Assembly (NCBI GenBank): GCA_973895155.1
Contig: OZ316899.1
Location: 15,341,974 to 15,405,973 of the forward strand
DNA from: Marsupella aquatica
Taxonomy: Eukaryota; Plantae; Marchantiophyta
Length of the DNA: 64,000 bases
Direction of reading: 5' to 3'
The notes under the pieces: generated by a model
Seen by the model: the letters and a program-made list of their open reading frames with translations, nothing else
The model's database searches: none
Told to the model about the DNA's origin: nothing
Made by a program: the position numbers and the translations under genes
Part shown: one piece after another, positions 52,481-64,000 of the stretch
Position numbering within the stretch: the first letter of the stretch is position 1
Layout: the number at the start of each line of letters is the position of its first letter

Positions 52481-52493
52481 TGTGTTGATAACG
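52481..52493 (-). promoter_or_regulatory. Bianca-type PBS
   Basis: Minus strand AACA|CGTTATCAACACA resembles the Bianca CGTTATCAGCACG motif. Confidence 0.65.
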
Positions 52494-52779
52494 TGTTTTG
52501 TTCTCCATAGAATCAATCCTTCCATTCCATCTCCGAGGTGTTACATAGTGTGTCCCTAAGGACTTGGTAGTTAGGCAGTTATTCCTGCCCCGAGTAGAGT
52601 AGACATAACCTTGGGTTATACTAGGTCTAACTAGGGTTATAACAACAACTACTATTTATAAGGTTTTTTCTACTTTTGGTTTTTCACCAAGTAGCATACT
52701 GATCTGAAAGGTATTTACAAAGAATACTACGAGTATGAGCTGAAAAAGCTTCATTGTCTCGTTTGATCTCTACACAACA
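52494..52779 (-). repeat. Bianca 5' LTR (~286 bp)
   Basis: Minus strand TGTTGTG...AAACA with TATAAATA; outer end coincides with the break in the Tork ORF. Confidence 0.7.
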
Positions 52780-54517
52780 TGCAAATTCCAAGTTACCCCA
52801 TCTACTTGCCTCACAAGTACCAAAATAAGTGTTAAACCACAGGTCTCCTGAAGGACACCATTAGCAGAACTCCATCGATGGCCATTTGCTTCTAAAACTC
52901 CAAGTATGAGATTTTTCATCATGTTGGGAATATGTCTCACATTCCTCAACGTTCTCACAGCACCATCAAACATCTGAAATCTTACAGATCCAAGTCCAAC
53001 AACTTGACATGGGATTCCATTTCCCATCAACACTGACCCGTTGGAAACCGTGTAAGAACTAAAAAACTCTCTCCTAGAGCAAATATGAAAAGTACATGCA
53101 CGATCTAGAATCCAGTCATCACTACCTGGATTTGACACTACGTTGAGAGCATAACCTTGGCATCACAATATGTCATCATCATCGAGTAAATCTACCTCAT
53201 GCAAGCTCGATGTCGCGTTAGCAGATGCAATAGGGTTCTTTACTCGACAATCCCTTTTCATGTGGCCAGACTTGCCACAATTCCAACATGCAAGAGGCTT
53301 CCTCTCTTGCGATTTCCCTTTGGATTTAGATCTCCCCCGTGATGTAGATCTAAATCTGTTCTGCCCATTTGTGCGTTGCGCTACTCTTCCACGGTTCACG
53401 TTCAGCGTAGTGCTAGAAGAAGATGTTGTCTGTGATTGACCCAGCTTCTTCTGAGCATCATCAAACAGTAAAGAGCTCACCACCTCATTATACAAAATGG
53501 ACTTCAGATCTCTGTACAAGAGCATCTGTTTCAAGCCCTGACATGACGGCGGTAAGGAGCTTAGCAAAAGCAAGGCCTTATCCTCATCTTCAACTCCTTT
53601 TCCCAGGTTTGACAGATCCACCGCTAGATTGTCAAACTCATCCAGGTGATCCTGCATCTTGCTCCCTTTCTTGAGCCTGAGGCTCATCAAGAGAGACTTC
53701 TTGTACAGTCGGTCAGACGCATCTTCTCGGTAGTACTTCTCTCTTAGAGCCTTGAACAGTGACGCGCAATTCGCATAATCATCCAATTGCTTGATGATTT
53801 GCGGCTTGAGATATAGCATCACTGCATTGACAGCAATCACCTGCTCCTGTCTCCATTGCTTCACAGAAATCTCCTCCTCTCCATCATACTGCTCTCGCGA
53901 AGAAAGCAGATGAGCTAAGCCCATGGCCGGGTATGGCACGCGTGACAATAAACAGGAAATAGGTTTACTGGTACCAGGAAAATTTTTCCTGTTACCAGCA
54001 AAAAGTTATTGTTACCAGGAAAAATAACCATGTCAAAATATTTTCTAAAAATTGAATATTTTCTGAAAATTGAATTTTATTTTTTATTTCCCCCCCCCCC
54101 AAAATGGTTTTTTTCCCCAAAAAAATTTTCAAAAAATTTTCAAAAAATTACCACTCATTTCCCTGTTACCAGTTTCTGATTTCTGTTACTGTTTGCTGTT
54201 TCCTGTTGTTTGTAAATACCCCCCATGGCCCTAAGGGCACCCTTCACTTGCTTCTCCCATAGCAAGTAATCAGTACGACCATCGTACTTCTCCACCTCAA
54301 ACTTCACTCCAAATCTAGCCATCTCCCTCTTCTTCCCTACTACCAACAGCTTTGGTAATAGTACAGCTTCCTCCACTGCACGCCGCACCGGTGATTGTAC
54401 CGGTGATACTAGTTCTTCCTCAAACGGTAGCAGCTCCTCCTCAGACTCTTCGTCTAATCGTCGCGATCCTGAAACTCCACCGACGCCAATTTTTCCAGTA
54501 TCCTCCGAGTCACTCAT
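52780..54517 (-). pseudogene. Tork-type gag and protease, interrupted by a MITE
   Basis: KFEVEKYDG..YLLW, DKALLLLSSLPPS, CWNCGKSGHMKRDC, WILDRACTFHIC. Confidence 0.9.
53929..54221. mobile_element. Mutator-type MITE (293 bp)
   Basis: 9-bp TSD CCCATGGCC (53920-28 and 54222-30); ends GGGTAT...ATACCC; removal restores ALRAMGLAHL. Confidence 0.88.
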
Positions 54518-54740
54518 ATGAAACAATCACAAAAAAATGTCTTTTTTCAAAACTTCTCATAAAACTCAAAACTCAACACCACCGCGTAGCCCACGAAGCT
54601 AGGAGTCCAATAGTGAAAGCCAAAATATAAATCAAAATTTGACAGAAAAGTTATTCAAATTTTGGTCGGGGTGGGTAAAATCTTGGGAAACTCCCCCGTT
54701 TTGACCACCTCGGAGAATAACCAAAATAGCCAGTACAACC

Positions 54741-57144
54741 TGTGATGCCTAGCCAGGAATTACTAGGCCAGTTTAAATGATAAAATAAGGAGTAAACCCT
54801 GGAAACACATTAGTGTAGTAGCAAAAAGATGGAAAATATAAACAATTAAGGGTGGCTATGGAACCCGAGCCGAGGCCGGAAGTAAAAACGTCGGGGGAGG
54901 GAACACAATTAGGGTTAGGGCGCACTAAGTGCCGGTGGCTATAGGTAACTAACGGGAAGGAAGACCAGACAGGGAGGGGTAAGGATCGATCACAAGAAAT
55001 GGCGGCTCATTTGCAAGCACAAACTAAGCAGACGACTACGGGAGGCCAACTACTGTCCGCTGCTCAGGCAAGCACTCGACGTGGAACATGAGCTAAACAT
55101 CATGCAGGGGCAATTGGATACCACGCAGTCTGATAATCAGATTATCAAGGATAAACTGACTCGGACCCAAGGAGACTTGGCCGGTGCAATCAAGGAGAAG
55201 GAGAAGTGGAAGCGAGAGCTGAGAGACGTAGAGGAGGCCCACATAGTAGCCAACAACCGGGCCATGGCGGAGACCCAGAGAAGGGAGAGGGCGTTGAAGA
55301 GGGAGCTCGAGTATATCCGCGGAGCCCTTGAACAGAAGGAGGCCGAGTTAGGAAAATCCTATCAGGCGATCATTGTGCTATGATAGGAGCTTGCATCCCT
55401 GACGGCCAGCTTCAAGGCCGACCTCCATGAGAAAGACGACCAGCTCGACCAGACTTATTCCAAGATGAATAAAATGGAGTCTGAGGTCGTAACGGAGCTC
55501 GACAAGGAGCTAAGAGCAACCCAGGAAGAGAGGGCTACCTTAAAAACGAAGCTAGAGGAAGCCCAAAGAGAGTTGGAGGAAGCCTAGAAGGAGCTGGAGG
55601 AGGTGCGCAAGGACCTGGACTAATTGCAGGAGGAGTTGGAGGAAAAGCACGCGGAAGATGGAGAACTTACAGCGGCGAGCCGACAACCAAACGGAGCGGT
55701 TGAAGAAACAGGCCGCAGTATTTAAGTGCTTGGCTTCCTCAAGTCCAACTCCAATAGGGGCAACCAAGTTGCCAGGAGTAGATTGGCCAAAGGACAAGCC
55801 GAGACACTCGCACCGGTGCCGGAGGTAAGTGGCAAGGGGAAGGGACCAGCTGCCGAAACAAGGAAGAAGAAAAAGCAAAAACCTTTTGGGTCGGGGAGTA
55901 ACAGGCTTCTCAAGCCGTCGTGACCAAGGAGGTAAACCCGGCACCAACCTCAGGCAGGGTCACAGCAGAGGATCCAACTGTCCTACAAGGCAGGGATGGC
56001 AAGGGCTAAGCCGGAATGCTCAGTGATGAGGCCGGTGTACCAAATCCACCACTAGAATAGGCCGGGGAAGCCTAGCCATATCGGAGGCCATGGCCGATGC
56101 TGAGGCCAAAGCCAAGGGTGGACCCAGTCAGGCCAATGGAGAGTTGACTCGGTCCGGAGCAGGAAATCTGTCAGAGGACGGACCTACGGTAGTAGTTGTG
56201 GAGGAAGTGTTGGGGGCGTCCATTGAGGATCAACCACCACTACCATGATGGTGGTGGAGGGCCGCTCCTTTTAAAGAGGGCGGACGTGGAGGGAGGAGGC
56301 GTGAGTGGGCAGGGCGGGCTCAGATCTCCAAGTTTAGAATTAGGATTAGGACCAGGAGGCGGCCCTGACACTTAGCTTAGTGGGATTGTGGATCCATTGG
56401 TAAGAGCAACACTTGTGCTCCTGCCTCGCTGTACATAGGTAGATTACGGTCAGGTTAGATTAGGCTTACGCTGCAAGGAATTGGGCGGATCCACTGCCAG
56501 GTAAGTACCAAAGCAACGGGGGGGGGTCAAGGCCTTCTTCCTTAGCAAGTTTTTAGTGCAACAGCAAGGCTGGGATCAAGTAGTTGAAGAAGCTCTCGGT
56601 TAGTTATGCTGTGACCCTTGTGTATATTCATGTTTCCTCATACCTAAGAGATGAAGAGAGTTGGCCTCACGGCTTAGTTTGCAGATCTTGTGTATGAGAA
56701 GTACTGTTTGTATGGCAAGTGCATGGTATAACTCAGTCAGAAGGAGTCATTTTGCTATTTGTGTGTTGCATTAACTTGTTTGAAGATTGCCCACATCAAC
56801 CAAGAAGGGAGTAAGCAAGGTAGTAAGAGTTGGATGTGTCGAGCTGAGAGAGGTCTTAGCGGCTTACCCAAGCCAGTTGGGGATCATTCCGGCGACGGAA
56901 TCCAAACAATCCTAAAGGAAGACCATGAGAGGAGGACAAGGGAAGGCATAGAAGAGGCCGACTACGTATCTCATGACCCGATGAAGGATCTGTCCAGTAT
57001 ATGTGTGTAAAATGTTAGTCGAAGGAAGTTAGCAATGTCACATGCCGCTAAGCCATGAAACCGGCCTCGCCAAGAGCGAAACCTGCGGGAATCGGCTTGT
57101 GCAGGGGGGTTTCTTGGGTTCAGGGAGCCATGGGACGCATCACA
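54741..57144 (+). mobile_element. Solo LTR of family D (2404 bp, internally deleted)
   Basis: TGTGATGC...GCATCACA, 5-bp TSD CAACC; matches 24481-26512. Confidence 0.93.
54999..56248 (+). pseudogene. Remnant of the D LTR ORF (start joined to coiled-coil C-terminus)
   Basis: ATG at 54999, deletion junction near 55085, then homology to 24481-25607. Confidence 0.65.
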
Positions 57145-57579
57145 CAACCTGTCATTGGAATTGCAATGTGATCGGTGCGCCGCGTTGCTAACTGCAGTGG
57201 CAACGTCCTCACCGAAAAAGAACCAAAGAAGTTATAGTTCGGCGGATAGAATCTTCGTCGGACGGCCAAAAAACAGATCTCTGTTTTCTGGGAATATTCC
57301 CGCACAGTCTGTCAGGTCTCACAGGGGGCCGTTCCCCCTGTTGGAGCGGTTAAAACAGAGGGTGGCAGGTCCCGGCACCAAGTAAAACAAGAGGAAGCAC
57401 AAAAAAGGTTAAAAATAGGCCTAAAGGGGGCCCTTAAGGCTCTTAAAACTAGAAAATACCCCGTAAAGGGCCGGGGGCATGAAGGGCATATGGCCAGGGT
57501 TGTATGCTTCCAAGTATAGGCAGCGAGTCAGGCCGGGGACTAACGCCGACGGGAGCAGGTGCGCGTGGTGGCGAGTTTA

Positions 57580-57605
57580 AACCCTAAACCCTAAACCCTA
57601 AACCA
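57580..57605 (-). repeat. Telomeric-type repeat (AAACCCT)3+ in the Tork 5' UTR
   Basis: AAACCCTAAACCCTAAACCCTAAACC. Confidence 0.85.
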
Positions 57606-58460
57606 CCCTAAACTATGCGAGCGGCCGGAGGGAAAACAAGGCGAGGCCGACCAAGAGGCAGCCGTCGGGCGGCTGAATGTGCGCCGGCCGGCGCTGCATA
57701 GTCGAGCCTGGCCTACATGTGTATACACATGAAAAAATAGCCCTAAAGTAACCCAGAAAAAAATGCCGTTTTAAGGGAAAAAATGCTGGTTACACACCTT
57801 GCCGCCACCAATTCCAGGAGTAAAATTGATGACCACTGATGGGAAAAGTTGCCAAATTCAACCGGAGCCTCTGCCCTCACAACAAAGGTAAAGTTTCCAT
57901 CGTGTCACACTCACTCCCCGTCAAGTGCCAATCCCGGGCTCAAAACAATTGCCTTGCCGCGATCAAATCATTGAGTCGTAGCACTTCGCGCCTCATCCAC
58001 CAAGTCAAACGTCATGAAGAGAAACCCAGTTCAGATGAGAACAAGCTCCATAGCTTGTGAAAAAACCTGAACGCCTCCTTCACTCATCACGTCAACGCAC
58101 TCGATAACAACTCAGCAGCAACTCAGCTACCAAAATGACCAGCTCGCTTCAACCTTCAACTTGAGCTATAATGTGCAATCTCCCAAACACCGCACAGCTC
58201 ACATCGTTGAAAAACGCAAACTCTGGTCTCTCCCCCGAAAACCCGTCGAACACAAATAAACCCTGAATGACGCAAACTTTGATTCCTCCGCACCATGGAT
58301 ACCGATCAGCGAGTTCTAACCACCGTTAGAATGCCCTCTCACTAACCTATCCGCACAGCCACACACATTCAAGTTTCATGCGACAAAACTCCGAATATAC
58401 CATTGACAATGAACGTTTGAAAAAACCCGTCACAAAAAAATGTCATCACCTCCCAGGCAT

Positions 58461-58472
58461 GCTCTGATACCA
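58461..58472 (-). promoter_or_regulatory. PBS for tRNA-iMet
   Basis: Minus strand TGGTATCAGAGC, 2 nt from the LTR end. Confidence 0.92.
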
Positions 58473-58474
58473 CT

Positions 58475-58818
58475 TGTTGAGCATAGACGACATTTGCAAC
58501 GGCAAGCCCATGAACCATCCAACGTACAAGAGTCGACACAGAGAGATACGTGGTTCACCTCCACATGAGGCTACGTCCACGGGAACATACAGGAGCTTTA
58601 CTGCACTCTAGGCCGACCGGCCATACCAAGCATCCACAGCACAAGCTCTCCCTATCTCTCAACTAGCTCCGTAACAATGAGCCTAAGTTCCACCAGGGTC
58701 TGGCATCAGCCCTGGCTATATGCACAACAGCACTACTGCTAACATTAGCTAAGTCCTAACCCAAGTTAGACTAGCTGGAGTTAGCTCATGAGTCACAAGA
58801 CTAGAGCAATATCTAACA
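58475..58818 (-). repeat. 5' LTR of the Tork element (~344 bp)
   Basis: Minus strand TGTTAGAT...TCAACA; outer end inferred. Confidence 0.7.
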
Positions 58819-59211
58819 CACACTAGCTAATTGACTTCTAATCCGTCCATTAAAATATTTCATCGTCTTTTTCCTTGGCTTAGTACTACTTGGATTAGAA
58901 GTATCATCTTTGTTGAGATTCTTTCTCCACTTTTTTCGTTGTGACCATGTAGCAATTTTGGGCATTCCCTATTGCTTTATTTGATCACTCATTAGTTGAC
59001 ACCTACCACCACTACTTAGATAATACTTGTTTCTTTATTGACCTTCAACTATAACTTATCTTTCCTAGTCAATATTTTTCTAGAATTAATACATTTATGG
59101 ATATCAGTTTTGTACACTAAATAACTAATTGATACAAATTGTATACAAAACAAAAACAATTACCCATATTTACATAATTTCTATGTAATTATGTTTTTTA
59201 GGCATCTGACA
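58819..59211 (-). other. Unidentified AT-rich insertion, possibly the start of another LTR
   Basis: Begins TGTCAG on the minus strand exactly where the B-family RT breaks (ICQDYCK|). Confidence 0.4.
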
Positions 59212-62200
59212 CTTACAATAGTCCTGACAGATGCGGATTTTAGGTTTTTCGTCCGTACCTCCCTTCTTTGGCACAATGACGATAGGGAACACCCAATCAC
59301 TAACCATCATCGGGTAGATGATATCCACGGCTAGGAGACGATCAATCTCTTCTTTTACCAAGATGCAATATCTTGGGTTCATGCGACGCTGTCGCTGTCG
59401 TACAACGTCCGCTCCTAAGTTCAAATCAATTGTATGTTCTCCTAACTTGGGGGAGACTCCAGTCAGGTCATGATGGCTCCATGCAAACACGTCCTCATAC
59501 TCCTTAAGTAGTGATTGGATAGATTTCTTTGCCTCGCCTATTAATCGTGACCTAAGTTGAAAGTCTTATCCATCCCGATGGTGTACTTCCTGTAGTGTTC
59601 TTTCCTTAAGACCTCCACTTGGTTCCGCAGGCTAGGGTCCAGGCTAGCATCTAGCTCCGCTAGGCAAACTCCCCCGTACATTGGTGCGGTCGAGATCGGC
59701 TTCGGGTTCTAGACTACTTCTTCTTCTAGTGGGATGGAGGGATCCCAAGACACTTGTTTTTTGTGCTTGGTTGTCGGAATTTTGGCTTTGGTCAATGGGC
59801 TGGTAGGCCTATGACTAGGAGAGTCAGCACTCGTAATTGTGACGTCGGCTCCCTGTTTTGCTGTAGCTGTACTCTCCGTGGTTTCCGTGCTGATGACTTG
59901 GTTGGACTGTACCTCTACTGAGGTGTCAGAGGAACTCGGGCTGATGTCGGGTGTATCCTCTTTTGGGTAGTTCATGAGATGGGTTTCTCGTGTTGCTTCC
60001 ACTCCAAAAACATCTTCCTCAGAAAGGGACAAGATGAGCTCTATCATGTTGAGCTCTTCCTCCTCCGAGGTCTCCAAATCGTATCCCTTGGGTCCCTATG
60101 GGGTTTCACCCTAATAATCGTCCATTGCCCATGATACTTGTACCATGGGTGTTCCAAATCGCATCTCCTTCTTTCCCCAATTTGTGACTACGCGGCCCCC
60201 GTACAGCCAAGGCCTGCCCAGAAGGACCGGATAAGAGGATGGCCGAACCGGCCTCATGACTAGAAAATTGAGATAGAACTCCACCCCTCCTACAAGAGTG
60301 AGCACCTTGGTAAGCATGCCCAATGGAAGGACCCCTGCCCCATTTGCTAACCTGATAGCTCGGGCAGTGGGTTGATACGTGAGGTACCCCAACTTGACCG
60401 ATGTTTCCTCGGTCATGATATTGACTCCCGCTCCTCCGTCCACAAGAACCATCTTGATGGTACAATTGTTAATCTCAATCGAAATGTCCGGCGCTCCTAG
60501 GTCCTCGCAGATCATATTACAATCCGCGATCCCAACCCGTGGTAGTCATCTCCGTCGCCGACCCGTGAGCAACTCCCTCAGTTGCTGCCAGTACTGAGGA
60601 TTATTCTGCAGCAATTGCCCTACCGTTGTTGTAACTGGGCAACTCTTCACGTCTTTCCTAATATTGTAGTCCTCCTTCTTCCCTTCCTTTGGCTGCTGCT
60701 TGGCTTCCTCCTCTCGCTTTTCTTGTTCCTGTCGTTGGGCGGCCTCGGCTGCCTTGATGTCCTTATCAATCGCCTTTTGGTATTCCCGTGCTTTGTAGGC
60801 CTCCAATTGTTTCTTTATGAATTCTTCAATGCGGGGGTAAAATAGCTTTGGGTCGTCCCAACGGTAGTCATCGTCCTTCTCTGGGGGTATATCTATCGCT
60901 GGCTGCACCGGCGTAGTATCTTGCTTTTTCCAGCTTTTCTCCTCCTGTTTCTCTTCCTTTCGCTTGGCTCTTGTTGACACGCGGTAGCATTCGGCCTCGT
61001 CTAATGGATTAGGGTGCTCCGCCACATCCACCAGATTTACCCACTTGGTGTTGTCATCTTGCCATTCCACAATGATCATTTGGACGACTGCATCGCTCGT
61101 GGCTGGTCCACTCGGGACCGGTCTAGCTGCGTTTGTTCGAGCGGCTATTACCAATGGACAGTTGGCCGTGGACTGAGCTTTTGTTTTGAAAACTTGACAT
61201 AGTGGCGTGCCTCGGCCATCTCCCTGCCGTCTTGGTTTGGTGCATTCCCTTGCAAAGTGGCCTGGCTTCTCACAATTGTAACAAACCGGGGATCGCCAAA
61301 TCCCTGGCTTAGGAGGAATGCTCGGGTTACTGATAACCTGGAAACTCCTGCCATTGTTTGGGTAGGGGTATGTAATTATACCCGCTAAATTATGCGGACC
61401 CACCATTGAAATTTGATACACAAAATCAGGAGGGTCTTGAAAGAAATTATCCGTGGACTCCGGTTCAGGTTCCGGGCTGTCAACATCATCCAATTCTACC
61501 TGGTGGACTCGATTCTTCCATCTTGGGCATTCCTGCACTACATGCCCAGATTGGAAGCACTTGGAACACCACGCATGTGCTCGAGTCTCTGATGGCTTCT
61601 TCTTCTCCACAGGTTTTTCCGCGAGATGTACTGACAGCGCTTTGAGACGATCCGTGATTTTGTAGAGCTTGTCTGTTTCCGCCATCTTTGGATCGGGTAT
61701 CATTCTTTGAACATGGGGTTTGATTTTCCCATCCTTCTTAACATGCCGCTTCTTCTTCTCGCTCCGGCTCTCGCTCTCCAAACTGCTTCCCGATGAGCTG
61801 GAGGTGGAGGATCCATTGGTCAAAGTTGAGTCCAAACTAGACTATGTCTCCAAATTGGACGAGGTAGAATGATGTTTCTTCTTCTTCTTGCATTTCTTCT
61901 TCTTATTGTCGTCGGATTTGGAGTCACTGTCACTAAAGGTCTCGTACTTGCCCTTCTTATGGCGTGCCCGTTGGCTTTGCCGGGAGTTATAAGTCGACTC
62001 CCTGTAAGTTTTGGCGCACGCTATGGTAGCTTGAATTGAAATTGGGTTATTCTGGCGCACCCAAAACTGCATATTTGTGGGCAAACCGTGGAGGAACCAC
62101 GTAAGCTGGAGCGCATCACCTGGCCTGGGCCGGATCTTGGCGACGATCTTTTGAAACTTCTGAATAAAATTTTGCAAGGACTCCTTCTTTCCCATGCAAA

Positions 62201-62740
62201 GCTGGCCAATCTTTAATAAGGAACGCTGCTCTGATCCAATGGCACAAAACTCTTGTAGCAATGCAGCTTGGAATTGTGCCCATGTAGTCCCAGGTGGCAA
62301 CGAGTTGTACCATGGGCGAGCTTCTCCCCGCATCACTCCAGGGAGGATGGTTAGCTTAATGGCATCTTCCCTATTGGCCTTAGCAGTGGCTTCAAACTCA
62401 TCCAACCATTCATCCGGATCGTCCCCATGACCCTTTGAAAGGTCGATAATGAAACCGTGACCGTTGTGATATTTGTGGGAGAGCTTGGGCAGCGCGGACC
62501 ATAGCCGGAGGGGATGCTGCCATAGGTACCGGTGGCAGTGGTGGTGTTGGCCGTGGTGCAGTAGGGATTGGAGCAGGACCGGCTGGGCCGGACCCCAAAG
62601 GTCCCAGTGGTATGTTCATCCGTCGAGGCGATTGCAAATCCTCTGAGCTTGAAGATTTGGAGCTTGTTGTGGTTGCACTCTCTTGTTCGCTGGTCAATAT
62701 CCTCAAGTAAGCCGCTTGAGAATGAGTGATGGGCTTCTAC
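59212..62740 (-). pseudogene. Partial gag-pol of the reversed B copy
   Basis: ORF fragments closely similar to the 13193-16710 translation. Confidence 0.9.
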
Positions 62741-62834
62741 TCATATAAATGCGATGGTTGGTAACCAACTTGGGCTTGGTGTACTTTGCCCAGGTGCATC
62801 CGCACATGTCTCCCCTCTACTACACGTAGAGTGC

Positions 62835-62852
62835 CCCCTCCATCTAGCACCA
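62835..62852 (-). promoter_or_regulatory. PBS of the reversed B copy
   Basis: TGGTGCTAGATGGAGGGG with the same 12-nt spacer. Confidence 0.7.
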
Positions 62853-62864
62853 AAACAAAGGCTA

Positions 62865-64000
62865 TGTCACGTCGTCAGCCTAGGCCTTAACCCGGCCTTC
62901 GGCTTAGACAGGCACATCCTTCAAAAATATGAGGGTTTGGGCAGGGAGGGAAGCACGGAATGCACCTAACTCACGTAAACTAGCGCTAAGTGCGTGTACT
63001 GTTACTTACGGACACCTCCTAGGAATGGTTTGTGTTCCGCCACCGGAACGTACCTTAGTTGATAGCGGGATCGACCCCGGCTTACAGGCTTCTAAGCCTT
63101 CGTGTTGTTCGCCTTTGATCCGGATTTGATGATACGGTCACTCAACCCGTGCTCGCAACCACTAACCCGCAAGTTGCACCCCATGCACGGCTCGGGTAGT
63201 GCGTTTGGCCAAACATTGGCACCCATACACGAGATTCACACATATACACACACACACAAGCATACAATCTCGATTTACACGAAGGAAATAATGGGAAAGG
63301 ATTTTACTACATAGGGGACATACATGTACACTTAGTTGACCCAAAAGCTCTTGAATGAACAGGTCCAAGGCCGAGGGTGTACACTACAATAGAGCCCGGC
63401 TCCGCACTTGCCCAACAAGCTTAGTCCTACCCCCTCCCCTTGGTACTCTTTCACTCATAGAGGTCGGGACTCCCCGCACATACCGCGGATGTCCAACTCT
63501 GAGACTAAAACCCCCCCTTGCCTCTACCGAGGGGTGCACTAAATACTAAGGGCTGAGGACCAAAGTGGCCTCAAGCCCAAATATTCACTAACTAAGATCC
63601 TAACTAAGCTGGCTGTCAGGCCGGAAAACGGCTTGTCCTATTAGAAGATTCTAATCTACGCAGGCTAGACAGTATGGCAGCGCCGCTTTAACTAGGGCAA
63701 GCGCTTGTCCCTATAGCCCGATTTAGCTACTCCTAACTCTATTTTAATCCTACTCTGTTGCTAATGCCTGGCACGCTTGCCAGAGCTGTCCAAGTGGGAG
63801 TGGCTATCCTGTTGCCTCCTAAGCCTGTCGGCATCTTGCTTGAGTAGCTGGACCTGATCCAACAGAGATTTGTTCTCTTGCTTTGCCGCGTCCGTCTCCT
63901 CCGCAGTCTCCTGGCATGCCTCCTCCAGCTGTTGGACGTCGCTTGTTAGCTTATCCACCAACTAGGCCTACTTTGTGGCTTCTCCTTGAAGCAGCGCCAC
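62865..64000 (-). repeat. 5' LTR (partial) of the reversed B copy, including the C-terminus of the LTR ORF at 63761-64000
   Basis: Ends GACGTGACA; ORF ends SSGKRARH as in 12174. Confidence 0.92.

Larger units (their letters stand above)
26513..52779 (-). mobile_element. Ty1/Copia, Bianca lineage, interrupted by the CACTA element; 3' LTR cut by the D LTR
   Basis: Bianca-type gag and integrase (CGPIEPTSGPFRFFL..LSTRNMVFPRLLAHILRLKAQFP), PBS-like CGTTATCAACAC, PPT AAGGGAG near 26518. Confidence 0.88.
52780..58818 (-). mobile_element. Ty1/Copia, Tork (Tnt1-like) lineage, 5' part
   Basis: LTR, tRNA-iMet PBS, long 5' UTR, gag and protease. Confidence 0.85.
59212..64000 (-). mobile_element. Second, more decayed family B copy: part of 5' LTR, PBS, gag, protease, start of RT
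   Basis: Reverse-complement homology to about 11935-16710. Confidence 0.93.

Noticed and set aside
27752-57605. Telomeric tracts as a chromosome end or fusion site
   Set aside because: Only 3-4 units each, embedded within transposon sequence.
1-64000. The many short antisense or overlapping ORFs, and any host gene, tRNA or rRNA
   Set aside because: The short ORFs are shadows of transposon reading frames; no RNA gene or host gene is recognisable.

Overview
Gene-free plant heterochromatin (TTTAGGG tracts, plant TE lineages; probably a seed-free land plant, which is an inference) made of nested transposons. It contains: (1) three Athila-like Ty3/Gypsy families (A 1-9067; B 9068-22971 plus a reversed copy 59212-64000; D LTRs 22972-26512 and 54741-57144) whose LTRs all appear to carry a homologous protein-coding gene; (2) a Bianca-type Copia (26513-52779, minus) inserted in a Tork-type Copia (52780-58818, minus); (3) a 21 kb CACTA element (29584-50659, TIR CACTAGTACATT, TSD GAG) with a SET-domain exon inside its transposase gene and a divergent TnpA-like gene; (4) nested in that CACTA, a ~9.4 kb Mutator-like element with a GCM-like/DDE/SWIM transposase and a divergent 5-exon ParB-like plus N4/N6 DNA-methyltransferase-fold gene, whose non-coding DNA is studded with an 18-bp palindrome GCTAGCGA-NN-TCGCTAGC. 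Item 4 (a possible ParB/parS-like self-recognition or anti-silencing module), the LTR-borne gene and the CACTA SET exon are the best candidates for undescribed biology. Most coding regions are decayed. Domain calls are by motif recognition only; no searches were run.
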